From Bdellovibrionales bacterium (lineage in GTDB: Bacteria; Bdellovibrionota; Bdellovibrionia; Bdellovibrionales; JAUICD01), in assembly GCA_965262715.1 (NCBI GenBank), contig OZ253553.1:576001-640000 (forward strand): a DNA stretch of 64,000 nt, written 5' to 3'. Below the pieces are notes generated by a model. The model searched no databases, was not told the origin of the DNA, and saw only the letters and a program-made list of their open reading frames with translations. The first letter of the stretch is position 1, and every line of letters begins with the position of its first letter. This document shows, piece by piece, positions 11,062-21,052 of this stretch. The position numbers were made by a program, and so were the translations under genes.

Positions 11062-11790
11062 ATGCTTCACACTCAAAACAGTAATACTCTACAAAGCCAG
11101 CATTCATCAATCAATAAAGCAACTATTGGCCTTATAGATTCCTGGAAGAATCTACTTTTAGAAGAGTTTGACAAAGACTATATGAAAGAGCTGAAGGCCT
11201 TTTTAGCTTCAAGATACTTAGCACAAAAGACTATATATCCTCAAAAAAATCAAATTTTTAATGCTTTCAATATAACTGCCTTTGAATCAGTTAAAGTTGT
11301 TCTTTTAGGCCAAGATCCCTACCATAACCCTTTTCAAGCTCATGGACTTAGTTTTTCTGTGAATAAGGGCATTAATCTACCTCCATCGCTTAAAAATATC
11401 TTTCAAGAATTAAAAGACGACTTAAACATCAATAACAATCAACATGGAGATCTTTCTCATTGGGCAAAACAAGGCGTACTTTTACTTAACTCTATTTTAA
11501 CAGTTGAAAGAGGGAAGCCAGGATCACACCAAAACAGAGGATGGGAGAGGTTTACAGATGCTATTATCCAAAAATTAAATGATAAAAGAGATCATTTAGT
11601 TTTTCTCTTATGGGGAAGCTATGCAAAAAATAAAGGACAACTTATAGATACCACTAAACATTTAGTGCTCACTGCGCCTCACCCATCTCCTTTTTCAGTA
11701 CATAAGGGGTTTTTTGGTTCCAGGCCTTTTTCAAAAATAAACTCTTACCTCACAAGGCGAGATCAAAAACCTATTGATTGGACTAATTAA
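11062..11790 (+). CDS. ung: Uracil-DNA glycosylase family 1
   Basis: GQDPYH, GVLLLN, HPSP. Confidence 0.96.
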   Translation: MLHTQNSNTLQSQHSSINKATIGLIDSWKNLLLEEFDKDYMKELKAFLASRYLAQKTIYPQKNQIFNAFNITAFESVKVVLLGQDPYHNPFQAHGLSFSVNKGINLPPSLKNIFQELKDDLNINNNQHGDLSHWAKQGVLLLNSILTVERGKPGSHQNRGWERFTDAIIQKLNDKRDHLVFLLWGSYAKNKGQLIDTTKHLVLTAPHPSPFSVHKGFFGSRPFSKINSYLTRRDQKPIDWTN

Positions 11791-11937
11791 TGATTTCTAT
11801 AAATGATCTAAAAAAAATAATGATTTTTAGCTTGCCTTATATTATTTTTAACATAAGTATATAAAAGTACATCTCATATTGTTTGATATTGTTGAGATAT
11901 AAATCATTTAATAAAATATAATTGTTAGGAGGTAAAC

Positions 11938-12192
11938 ATGAATTTTTTTAATCTTTTAAAAACTGTATCTTTCTTATCTTTGTTGTTGGCTTTTATTTCA
12001 ACCACTTCTTGTACTAGAAATCAGGAAGAAGCTGCTGAAGAAACAATGGAAGAGCCAACAGTAGAAGAGGCAGTAGTAGAAGAACCAGTAGCGGAGGAAG
12101 AGCCACCAGCAGAAGAACCTACTACTGAGGAAACAACTGACACAACAGAAGGTGCAGAGAATAAAGAAGAAGTGGAAGAAAAAACAGAATAA
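11938..12192 (+). CDS. Small acidic lipoprotein
   Basis: AGGAGG RBS, signal peptide ending TTSC, Glu/Thr/Pro-rich body. Confidence 0.75.
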   Translation: MNFFNLLKTVSFLSLLLAFISTTSCTRNQEEAAEETMEEPTVEEAVVEEPVAEEEPPAEEPTTEETTDTTEGAENKEEVEEKTE

Positions 12193-12246
12193 TTACAAGT
12201 TAAGAAATCAATGCATTAAATAGGGCGCGTATTTCAATTAAAGTGC

Positions 12247-13023
12247 TTATTTTTGAATTTTTTCAAAAAATTTGTAGAAATGATGATTTCGAGCTTGAAA
12301 GTAAATATGTCCAAAGTCTTCTGTTGAAAGTAGATTAATTCCGTTTATTTTTAAAAGCTTAGAAATAAATGGATGTGGATGTCCGTATCTTTTTTTTCTG
12401 GCACTGCTGATTGCGGTACCTCCTTTTTTCAAGGACTTTACCAACTCTTTTGAGGTACTATTTTTAGATCCATGATGTCCTAAAATCAGATATTGACTTT
12501 TTTTATTAAAAAGTGAGTTTAAAATAGGAAGCCACTTTTGATCTGTTTTTTTAGAGCCATCTCCAGGAATAATAATAAGAGAATTAAAAAAGACACGCGA
12601 CCAGTTGTTACTTGTTTTAATAGAGCCTTCTGGTGAATAAGCATAGAAGGGTATGTTAGAAGTGTTTTTGCAAGAAGGTAGAGTAGAGAGAAATTGTCTT
12701 TTATAAGATGAAGATGGGCCATTTGGAAGATAAAGGATACAAGAGTTTAAGACAGTTCTTGCCAATTTACGAGTAAGTCCTATATGATCCCAATCCCAGT
12801 GAGAGAAAGAGAAAATATTATCTTTATTTTTGCAATATTTTTTAAACTTTTTATAGTCAAAAAATTCTCCTCCTGCATCAAAATGATAACATATATGATT
12901 ATCTATATAAGATACACATTGGCCTTGGCCTACGTGCCATACAACCCAAAAAGGCAGGACCCCTTCATTGATTTGTTGACAAAAGCAAAAGATATAAAAA
13001 GTAGTAGATAAAAAGTATTTCAT
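12247..13023 (-). CDS. ComEC-associated metallo-beta-lactamase-fold nuclease
   Basis: VGQG, SHWDWDH, PGD, GHHGS, YGHPH. Confidence 0.85.
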   Translation of the reverse strand: MKYFLSTTFYIFCFCQQINEGVLPFWVVWHVGQGQCVSYIDNHICYHFDAGGEFFDYKKFKKYCKNKDNIFSFSHWDWDHIGLTRKLARTVLNSCILYLPNGPSSSYKRQFLSTLPSCKNTSNIPFYAYSPEGSIKTSNNWSRVFFNSLIIIPGDGSKKTDQKWLPILNSLFNKKSQYLILGHHGSKNSTSKELVKSLKKGGTAISSARKKRYGHPHPFISKLLKINGINLLSTEDFGHIYFQARNHHFYKFFEKIQK

Positions 13024-13910
13024 AATAACCTTGATTTTTTTACAGGTGGTCTAACAAAGGAGAAATACAGACAGATAAAGAGATGCAAGCTTAATAAGTA
13101 AAAAAAACCTTGTTGTAAGCTGAGATGAGCTTCTGGTTTGAAAAGTGGTAGCTCTTTGGCAATGATATTTAAAAAATACAACAAAAAGGACCAACTACCA
13201 TCTACAACTATTACAAATGGGGAAATAAACACACTCAATAATGTTAAAGGGAAGAAAAAAAGACCAAATAGAGGTAGAAATAGAGTATTTATCAAAATAC
13301 TTACCGGATGAGGATGGCTCATGCTTCCAAGTAAAGGAGCCATCATCAAATAGACAATAAGGTTTCTTGCAAGTAGGCTTTTATCTTTACCTAGTGCCAA
13401 AGCCAAAGAAGCAGCCCAACTCAATAAAAAAGAAAAAGAATTGTACCAGTGAGAAAAAAATAACAGGGCTATAAACGAAACATACCAAACAGAAAGTGTA
13501 TGATTCCAATTGAGAGCAAAGCGTTTTCTAATAAAAGTTATAATAAGAGAAAACCATGCTCTAACAACTGGAGGATTAAGGCTTGTGCTAAGAGCGTAGA
13601 TGGCTAAAAGCACAGCCTGAAAAATAAAAGGCATTTTTATTTTAGACAGCGCATTACGTAAACCACTTAAATGCATTCCAGAGACAACAAAAATATGCAA
13701 GAGTCCTGTTGTTACAAACATTTCACGCAAGCCTAAATCTTCAATCCTTTTCCCACAAACTAAAGCCTCATACACTTGAGGAAATTTTGTCTGAGGGAGC
13801 AGTGACAAACATTTATGATGCAAGAAGTTAATAGGCAGATCCAATAAATCTTTAGGATCTATTTGAAGGATATGAAAAGAAATTAAGAAAAATAAGAGAC
13901 TCAACCACAT
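13020..13910 (-). CDS. comEC: ComEC/Rec2 competence membrane domain
   Basis: GLLHIFVVSGMHL, PVVRA, SFLLS; overlaps the MBL gene by 4 bp. Confidence 0.85.
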   Translation of the reverse strand: MWLSLLFFLISFHILQIDPKDLLDLPINFLHHKCLSLLPQTKFPQVYEALVCGKRIEDLGLREMFVTTGLLHIFVVSGMHLSGLRNALSKIKMPFIFQAVLLAIYALSTSLNPPVVRAWFSLIITFIRKRFALNWNHTLSVWYVSFIALLFFSHWYNSFSFLLSWAASLALALGKDKSLLARNLIVYLMMAPLLGSMSHPHPVSILINTLFLPLFGLFFFPLTLLSVFISPFVIVVDGSWSFLLYFLNIIAKELPLFKPEAHLSLQQGFFYLLSLHLFICLYFSFVRPPVKKSRLL

Positions 13911-13925
13911 ATCTCAAGAAAAATA

Positions 13926-13941
13926 AGCAATTTTGGTGCCA
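13926..13941 (-). promoter_or_regulatory. sigma54 (-24/-12) promoter upstream of comEC
   Basis: Minus strand TGGCAC-CAAAA-TTGCT. Confidence 0.65.
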
Positions 13942-14108
13942 ATTAAAAACCTGTTTTTTGGCAGTTTCAGGTCCGTAATTCATACAATGTGCTGTTTCCC
14001 TAAAAATAGGTCCATTCTTGAGACATAGGTTACAGTTTATTTAAGAAGACATAGATAATACTTTTTATTTTATACGCTAGATGCACTTTCTTAAAATATT
14101 TTTATTTA

Positions 14109-14209
14109 TCCGGGAAACTGGCAGTTTGTTTCCGAGAACTGTCTTCCGGATTTCCGGGAGCTAGATCCCGGACAAATGAAAGGGCCCATTCTGGAGACAT
14201 AGGTAACAG
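14109..14209. repeat. GC-rich palindromic repeat (family B) ending in IS481-like GACATAGGTAACA
   Basis: CCGGGAAACTGGCAG...CCCGG core; a second copy of the end motif (CCATTCTTGAGACATAGGTTACA) at ~14012-14034. Confidence 0.55.
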
Positions 14210-14300
14210 ATTCTTCAAGACAATATGTCTAGCTACTCATTTGAATATTCAGATAAGTTCTTTTTTTCACACTTGATTTCTCGACATCATTTCTATTTAT

Positions 14301-15110
14301 TTGTATGGTAAATTTATGTTGATGATTTTTGTATCCACTTTATTTCTTATGATTCATTTAAACGGCACTACAGTCATAGCTGTATCTGATGTAGATATAA
14401 TATTAGGGAAAGGTTTAAAGAACTATCAACAAGGTCAGTATGTAGAGGCTCAAAATGCATTTCAATCTCTCTTAGAATCATATCCTAATAACCCTACCTT
14501 GCTCTTTAATTTAGGTTTAGCCCATTACCGACTAGGACATTATGGTTTTGCAACAGGCTTGTGGCATAAAGTGCTTGATCAAAACCCTTATTTTGTAAAA
14601 GCGACTGAGGCCATCAATTTTACCCAAAAACAAATATCTATTCAAGGACCATCAAGCCAAACTTCGTGGGGAGAAAGAATTAGAAAATGGGTGTTAGTTT
14701 ATATTCCCTGGGATGTCTGTTTATTTTTAACAGCTATTTTTGGTTTCTTTTTTTTATGGCTAAAAATCAAGTATCTTGCTATTTGCAGATTTGTTGTAAA
14801 AAAAGGTGATGAACGCCCTGCTATACCGACAAGTTTAATTGTTCTAGGTCTTACTTTTGTATTTGTTCTTTTTGTAACCCTGATGAAGGTAAAAGATCAT
14901 ACAACCCTAAGAGCTATTACTATATCCCCTAAATCTCTTGTTTATGTCAGTCCTAGTCAAGAGACAGCTTCTTTATTTGAGCTATCTGAAGGTTCACATG
15001 TTATTATAGAGCAAGTCAACAACAATTGGGTCCAAGTTATTGATCTAAAAGGACAAATAGGCTGGGTTCAACAGAAAGATATCTTTCATTATGCAGGTGA
15101 AAAACTATGA
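14301..15110 (+). CDS. TPR + SH3-like membrane protein (BatE-like)
   Basis: LFNLGLAHYRLG TPR, two TM segments, C-terminal WVQV...GWV; start uncertain. Confidence 0.75.
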   Translation: MYGKFMLMIFVSTLFLMIHLNGTTVIAVSDVDIILGKGLKNYQQGQYVEAQNAFQSLLESYPNNPTLLFNLGLAHYRLGHYGFATGLWHKVLDQNPYFVKATEAINFTQKQISIQGPSSQTSWGERIRKWVLVYIPWDVCLFLTAIFGFFFLWLKIKYLAICRFVVKKGDERPAIPTSLIVLGLTFVFVLFVTLMKVKDHTTLRAITISPKSLVYVSPSQETASLFELSEGSHVIIEQVNNNWVQVIDLKGQIGWVQQKDIFHYAGEKL

Positions 15111-15655
15111 TAAATGATCTTTGGGTGAATCTCTTTAAAAAAACGAATAAAGAAGATCATCATTTAGCTATTTTAAGAAAAAATATACTTTTTGAGACTC
15201 TCAACAAATCAGAGCTTTATTTCGTTAGCAAAACCATCCATGAACGTAGCTATCATACTGAGGAAGTTATTTTTCAGCAAGATAGCTTAGGAACAGGAAT
15301 GTATGTGATCGTTAAAGGAAGTGTTGATATTTTTATTAAAGAAATGGATCCAAAACAAGGAACTATTCACAGCGTACACGTAGCTCACCTTATAGAAGAA
15401 GATTTTTTTGGAGAGATGTCTTTGGTAGAAGAAGATAATAGACGAACTGCAACAGCTGTAGCCGTTGAAAACACAACTCTGATAGGGTTTTTCAGACCAG
15501 ACTTACTAGAGATTGTAAACAGAAACCCTATAATAGGAGGGAAGATCACTTTCCAGTTAGCAAAAATCCTGTTGCGTCGATTGCAAGCCACAACAAGTAA
15601 GATCACGCACCTTAAAAAAGAGTTAAAAGTTTTGGCAAGTTTTCAAAAAAAATAA
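15107..15655 (+). CDS. Cyclic nucleotide-binding domain protein
   Basis: MYVIVKGSV, FFGEMSL, RTATAVA. Confidence 0.9.
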   Translation: MINDLWVNLFKKTNKEDHHLAILRKNILFETLNKSELYFVSKTIHERSYHTEEVIFQQDSLGTGMYVIVKGSVDIFIKEMDPKQGTIHSVHVAHLIEEDFFGEMSLVEEDNRRTATAVAVENTTLIGFFRPDLLEIVNRNPIIGGKITFQLAKILLRRLQATTSKITHLKKELKVLASFQKK

Positions 15656-15690
15656 GATACACAAAGAAGTATGATCAAAAAGGCTTTTGA

Positions 15691-16806
15691 ATGGCTTTAA
15701 ACACATCAACCAATGATAAAATGTATCCCAATATATATCAAAGAGACTTTCTCGTTCATACAGGTATGCGGCGTGAGACATGGTGGAAGTTAACAGTTAT
15801 TACAGGAATTGTTCTCTTATTCATCACGGTACTTGTGACAGTAGACAACATGCTCTCATCCTTTATATTTGCTTTTGCAATCAGCTATGTATCTGAACCT
15901 CTTATCAGTTATTTTGAACGTAGAGGAGTCAGGCGCACTTTTAGCATCTCTTTATATTTTATCTTTACTGGCCTTATTCTAACTATTTTAATCGTCAAGT
16001 TAGCTCCTCTTATCACTCAACAAGCGACTCTTTTACAGTCAGAAATACCCAAATATGTTGAAGGCATCACACAATTTTTATTCATTTTAGAAAGTAACCT
16101 TTCAGGTCCGTTCTCTTCTGTTTATGATCTTCAATTTAGTTCTAGTATAGGAGGTCTTTTTCAAAAGTGGATTGAGCTTTTTATTGGAAGCGTCCCTGTT
16201 ATTGCTCAAAATACAGTAACTATTCTTATTTTATCTCCTTTTTTGGCCTTTTTTCTTTTAAAAGATGGACAGGTCATGCGTAAAAAATTCTTAACACTAG
16301 TACCTAATCTGTTTTTTGAAATGGCTCTTAATCTCACTCATAACCTCAATCTCCATATAGGAGGCTTTATCCGTGCTCGTCTCCTTGAAGCCATGATTGT
16401 TGGCCTTGTGGTTTTTTTAGGACTAACCATCGTTCAATTTCCCTACACAGCTTTTTTAGCATTATTTGCAGGTATTACAAATCTGATTCCTTATATAGGG
16501 CCTATTATTGGAATGATTCCAGCCTATATGATTGCGCTGGCTGGTGAGAATTTAGAAATCACTATTTTACTGATAACTTTTGTGTATTTAATTGCACAGC
16601 TTATTGATGTTTTCTTTATTATTCCTCTTGTGGTCGCAAGAATTGTAGACTTGCACCCCATAACTGTTGTTGTCGTTATCATTATTGGGTCTCAGGTTAT
16701 GGGAGTTCTTGGAATGATTATTTCAATTCCTGTGATAAAGTGCATTAAATTAACTGTTTCAACGATTTACACACATCTTGTCGAGTTTAAGTCAGAGCAT
16801 GTATAA
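15691..16806 (+). CDS. AI-2E family transporter
   Basis: NLIPYIGP, LHP, multiple TM segments. Confidence 0.88.
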   Translation: MALNTSTNDKMYPNIYQRDFLVHTGMRRETWWKLTVITGIVLLFITVLVTVDNMLSSFIFAFAISYVSEPLISYFERRGVRRTFSISLYFIFTGLILTILIVKLAPLITQQATLLQSEIPKYVEGITQFLFILESNLSGPFSSVYDLQFSSSIGGLFQKWIELFIGSVPVIAQNTVTILILSPFLAFFLLKDGQVMRKKFLTLVPNLFFEMALNLTHNLNLHIGGFIRARLLEAMIVGLVVFLGLTIVQFPYTAFLALFAGITNLIPYIGPIIGMIPAYMIALAGENLEITILLITFVYLIAQLIDVFFIIPLVVARIVDLHPITVVVVIIIGSQVMGVLGMIISIPVIKCIKLTVSTIYTHLVEFKSEHV

Positions 16807-16884
16807 AAACATAAGTCACAGTAGGAACGTGGGAGGAAACTGGCAATCCGGCGGCAGACTGCTGTAGGGAACTAATTCCCAGCT

Positions 16885-16936
16885 TGCCAGAGGCTTGCCT
16901 CGAGAGGCTTGCCTTGAGAGGTTCGCCTTGAGAAGG
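16885..16936 (+). repeat. 14-bp tandem module x3
   Basis: AGAGGCTTGCCTCG AGAGGCTTGCCTTG AGAGGTTCGCCTTG; reverse-complement array at ~27085-27130. Confidence 0.8.
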
Positions 16937-16998
16937 TCAGAGGTATTTTTAGGGATACAGCTTTTAACATTGTGTCAAAGAACGAAAAGAGTCTCTTT

Positions 16999-17297
16999 CC
17001 TCAAAATGAACAGATTTTTGAGGCGGTTAGCATTTTATTGAAGGCGTGAGCCTTCATGCTGACCGCCAAAAAATGGTCAGAGGCTCATCTCAAGAGACCA
17101 GCTCATTTTTAGAGGAAGAGGTAGTAAGAGGAACTTTCCCTTAACATCATATTAAAAAACGAGGGGAGTCTCCCTAGTAAAAATGAACGGATTTTTGAGA
17201 CGGTTAGCATTTTATTGAAGGCGTGAGCCTTCATGCTGACCGCCAAAAAATGGTCAGAGGCTCACCTCAAGAGACTAGTTCATTTTTAGTGAAACAG
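16999..17297. repeat. Two tandem copies of a ~120-bp MITE/REPIN-like element (family A)
   Basis: Near-identical copies ~16999-17115 and ~17172-17297, ends AAAATGAAC...G(C/T)TCATTTT, central hairpin TGAAGGC-GTGA-GCCTTCA. Confidence 0.85.
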
Positions 17298-17361
17298 TAT
17301 TTGACTTTTTAACGGTACAGTTTATATATTCAATAGGTGTTTTATTTATAGGGTACTTTCA

Positions 17362-18267
17362 ATGATGGCAAGATGGGTATTATTACTTTTTTATGTAAGT
17401 TTTATTGGTTGTTCTTCTGTTCAGAACAATGAGGTGGGTTCTGCTGCAGATGCTAAGATTTTATTTCAAAAAGCTATGGATTTAAAAGAGAAGCGTTATT
17501 ATGAAGAGTCCTTAGAAGTATTTACAAAGGTGAGAGATCAATATCCTCATTTAGATTATAGTGTAAAGTCAAAGCTAGAAATGGCCAATATTTATTTTAA
17601 ACAGAGGGAATACATATTTGCTCAAGGTTCTTATGAAGTTTTTAAAAAGTTACATCCTAACCACCGGCCTGATTATGTGTTTTATCAATTAGGACTATCT
17701 TATTACCACAGCTTACCAGGAGCTATTGATAGGGACCTTTCTCTCGCAGTCAAATCTGTTGATTATTTCCATGAGCTTTTAACGAGGCATCCTCAATCTG
17801 AGTTTGCTAAGGATGGACAGGCTAAGTTAAGAGAGGTACAAAAAAAACTAGTTCAAAAAGAACTCTACATTGCTGATTTTTATTTTAAACAAAAGACATA
17901 TAAAAGTGCTTTGTTACGTTACACCCAGATGATTCATGATGCAGTCTATGCTGATTATTGGCAATCTCTTCTTAAAAATACTTCTTCTCTTAAGGGTTGG
18001 ACCAAAACGATAGACAATGCAGACCAAATAGCAAAACTACCAGGTGAGCAAAAAAAACAGCAATTATATAGAAATACTTTATTAAAATACTCTCAAGAGG
18101 GTTATTCTTATTTATTACCAAAGCTTCTTTTTAGAGGGGGGATCAGCGCAGCAGAAGTTAATGAGAAAACACAAAGCAAATACTACTTTGATATATTAAA
18201 ACTCAATTTTCCTACATCTGCAGAAGCTCAAAAGGCGCAAAAGGCAATTCAAAAATATGAATTATAA
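17362..18267 (+). CDS. bamD: Outer membrane assembly lipoprotein BamD
   Basis: FIGC lipobox, TPRs, DRDLS, ELYIADFYFK. Confidence 0.85.
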   Translation: MMARWVLLLFYVSFIGCSSVQNNEVGSAADAKILFQKAMDLKEKRYYEESLEVFTKVRDQYPHLDYSVKSKLEMANIYFKQREYIFAQGSYEVFKKLHPNHRPDYVFYQLGLSYYHSLPGAIDRDLSLAVKSVDYFHELLTRHPQSEFAKDGQAKLREVQKKLVQKELYIADFYFKQKTYKSALLRYTQMIHDAVYADYWQSLLKNTSSLKGWTKTIDNADQIAKLPGEQKKQQLYRNTLLKYSQEGYSYLLPKLLFRGGISAAEVNEKTQSKYYFDILKLNFPTSAEAQKAQKAIQKYEL

Positions 18268-19003
18268 TCAAAATGACAGTATCGACAATAATTTTGATGA
18301 ACTCTTAGACCTTGCAAGACAAAATTTTATTGAAGGTCGGTACAGACAAGCAGAGCCAATACTTCAACAGGTTTTGTTAAAAAATAATAAAGAACCTGAA
18401 ATTTTCCAAATGCTAGCTACTATTTACTATGATCGAGGAAAATTCAATAAGGCCATTAAAACTTTTAAGAGGGCTTTAGAAATTGACCCTTCCTACACGG
18501 ATGCCTCTGTGGGTTTATCTATTATTTTAAATGACTTAGGCCGTTATGAAGAAGGTCAAGAGGTATTTGAAGTAGCTCAAAAGGTTTTAGAAGAAAAAAA
18601 GAAAAAAAATGATCCATTTATCGATAAACTAATAGCTCAAAAACATGAGGAGTTAGGTGATATTTATTTTGACAATAAAAGATATAAAGAAGCTATTGAA
18701 GAGTTTTTAAAAGCAAGGCAGCTGAGCGAAACAAAGGTTGATATCCATTTAAAAATGGTGGATGCTTTGATAAAGGATGAACGTCCTTTTGATGCTGTCA
18801 AGCAGCTGCGCCAGATGATTGCAGACCACCCTGAGTGCTTTATGGCAAGGCAAAAGTTAGGTCAGCTTTATTATGATGCAGGCAGAGTGGTGGATGCGAT
18901 TGAAACATGGGAGTCTGTTTTGTTACATGATCCTCATAATTTGCTGGCAAAAACTTCTCTTAAATTAGCTTCTGAAGCAAAACTCACAGTTTCTAAAGTG
19001 TGA
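18257..19003 (+). CDS. Tetratricopeptide repeat protein
   Basis: Multiple TPR motifs (AIKTFKRALEIDPSY). Confidence 0.85.
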   Translation: MNYNQNDSIDNNFDELLDLARQNFIEGRYRQAEPILQQVLLKNNKEPEIFQMLATIYYDRGKFNKAIKTFKRALEIDPSYTDASVGLSIILNDLGRYEEGQEVFEVAQKVLEEKKKKNDPFIDKLIAQKHEELGDIYFDNKRYKEAIEEFLKARQLSETKVDIHLKMVDALIKDERPFDAVKQLRQMIADHPECFMARQKLGQLYYDAGRVVDAIETWESVLLHDPHNLLAKTSLKLASEAKLTVSKV

Positions 19004-19032
19004 TCATATTAAAATAAAAAAAGAGAGAAAAG

Positions 19033-19593
19033 ATGATAAATAACAGAAGAGATAAAATTTCAAGAGTTATGAAGGAAGATTTAACTCTTTATATCACAAA
19101 ACAAGAAATCGATGAAATGGTCACTAGACTTGCTAAGGAAATTCAAGATGAATACCAAGAAGATGAAGTTATTTTGATTTGTCCACTTAAAGGCTCTTTT
19201 TTATTTGCAGCCGACCTTATAAGAAAAATGAACTTGCTCCTCAAAATAGATTTTATAAAACTAACAAGTGCATCTTTAGAAAATGAACTTAATGATGGTA
19301 CCATTAAAATAATTAAAGATATTTCTCTTAATGTTTTGAATAAAAACATTCTAATTATAGAAGAGATTATTGATGAGGGCCGTATCCTCAATTTTTTAAA
19401 AAACAGATTGTTAGACAGTCATCCAGCTTCTATTAAGATCGCCACTCTCTTGAACAGACCCGCGAGGCGATTGATTAATATCCAACCTGACTTTATTGGG
19501 AAGGTCATTGAAGACCGTTTTGTTATCGGTTATGGCTTAGATGATAATGAAATTGGACGTAATTATGCAGATATTTACCATTTCAAGCAATAA
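19033..19593 (+). CDS. hpt: Hypoxanthine phosphoribosyltransferase
   Basis: LKGSFLFAADL, IIEEIIDEG PRPP loop, FVIGYGLD. Confidence 0.85.
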   Translation: MINNRRDKISRVMKEDLTLYITKQEIDEMVTRLAKEIQDEYQEDEVILICPLKGSFLFAADLIRKMNLLLKIDFIKLTSASLENELNDGTIKIIKDISLNVLNKNILIIEEIIDEGRILNFLKNRLLDSHPASIKIATLLNRPARRLINIQPDFIGKVIEDRFVIGYGLDDNEIGRNYADIYHFKQ

Positions 19594-19655
19594 AGAATTA
19601 TTAAAATAGAGAGAAATCTTATAAGTTCATACCTAGTTAAGAGCTTTTAATAGAT

Positions 19656-20894
19656 ATGAAAAACTTCAGACTCATTGTTTATTTTATCTTGTCTATATTA
19701 TCATTAAGTACATCTTTAAACTGTTTTGCCTCCAAAGATGCACCTGCTTTAAAACCAAACAAAAAAAGTAACAGACAAATAGCTTATACAATAGATTCTG
19801 AAAATCAAAAAATCATTGTCGAACATCTTTCAAAATCTTGGTCTGAAGACTTAGGAGTTATATGGGGTTTTGACTTTCTTCCTTTACCTAGGGGTGCTGA
19901 TCAGGATCTTCCAAGATTGATTGTTACGGAAAGGGGTGGGAGTATGTACTTTCTTTCTTTAACAAATGGTCATCAGGAACCTATTTCTGGTCTTCCTCAA
20001 ACGGTAGAGGTGGGTCAAGGAGGATTGATGGATGTGAAGCTTCATCCTCAGTTTGCTAAAAATAAATTAGTTTTTTTTTCTTATGTGGCTAGGTATGAGG
20101 GGGGTACAGGAACAATTGTTGCTAGAGCTAAGCTGCAAGGGTCAAAATTAAGAGATATTAAGACTTTATTCAAATCATCTCCTCCTGGATCAAGCGGCCG
20201 TCATTTTGGTTGTCGTATTGTGTTTAAAAACGGTAAAGTCTACTTTGCTATAGGTGATAGAGGAGATAGGCATAAAGCGCAAGACCTAAGTTATCCTAAC
20301 GGGAAAGTCTATCGTATTTATGAAGACGGTTCTATTCCGGAGGACAATCCTTTTGTAGGAAGGGAATTAAAGAATGGACGTAAGGCTTTACCTGCTATTT
20401 GGAGTTATGGACATCGAAATCCACAGGGGTTGGCAGTACATCCGCACACAGGTCAGCTTTGGGAACAGGAACATGGGCCAAGAGGCGGTGATGAAATTAA
20501 CCTCATTCAAAAGGGGAGGAATTATGGTTGGCCTGTGATCACTTACGGAAAAGAGTACTGGGGGCCTTCTATTGGAACAACTCATAAAAAAGGAATGGAG
20601 CAACCTATAAAATTTTATGTTCCATCTATTGCCCCTAGCTCTTTAATGATCTATTCAGGCCGTTTATTTGCCAATTGGAAGGGTGATTTTTTTTCAACAG
20701 CTTTAAAAAACCCTTATATTAGTCGTGTTGTGATAAAAAATAAGAAGAAGTCTAGTCAAGTGAGTTTTAAAGTTGTCAAAGAGGAGTCTATTTTAAATGA
20801 CTTTCCTCATAGGATCCGGCATATAAGTGAGTCTCCTAATGGGCAGATTATTTTTTCTACTGATTCAGGGCACTTTTATAGATTGAAGCTATAA
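19656..20894 (+). CDS. PQQ-dependent sugar dehydrogenase
   Basis: GQGGL, HFGCRI, SYGHRNPQG, EHGPRGGDEIN, NYGWP. Confidence 0.92.
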   Translation: MKNFRLIVYFILSILSLSTSLNCFASKDAPALKPNKKSNRQIAYTIDSENQKIIVEHLSKSWSEDLGVIWGFDFLPLPRGADQDLPRLIVTERGGSMYFLSLTNGHQEPISGLPQTVEVGQGGLMDVKLHPQFAKNKLVFFSYVARYEGGTGTIVARAKLQGSKLRDIKTLFKSSPPGSSGRHFGCRIVFKNGKVYFAIGDRGDRHKAQDLSYPNGKVYRIYEDGSIPEDNPFVGRELKNGRKALPAIWSYGHRNPQGLAVHPHTGQLWEQEHGPRGGDEINLIQKGRNYGWPVITYGKEYWGPSIGTTHKKGMEQPIKFYVPSIAPSSLMIYSGRLFANWKGDFFSTALKNPYISRVVIKNKKKSSQVSFKVVKEESILNDFPHRIRHISESPNGQIIFSTDSGHFYRLKL

Positions 20895-21052
20895 TAGGCT
20901 CAAATAGATTCAAAATTATAAAAAGAATATGTATTATGATAGACAAGCTATAAAGATTCTTGATAAGAGGTATTATTATAGTATATGATTATTATATTAA
21001 TATTAAAAATCACTGATACATTTAAACCTTTAGTATTGAGGAGGGTCATATT

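Noticed and set aside
16999..17297. Repeat pair as a CRISPR array or integron attC sites
   Set aside because: Units are ~120 bp and dispersed in both orientations, ends do not fit RYYYAAC/GTTRRRY, there is no cassette organisation, and no integrase.
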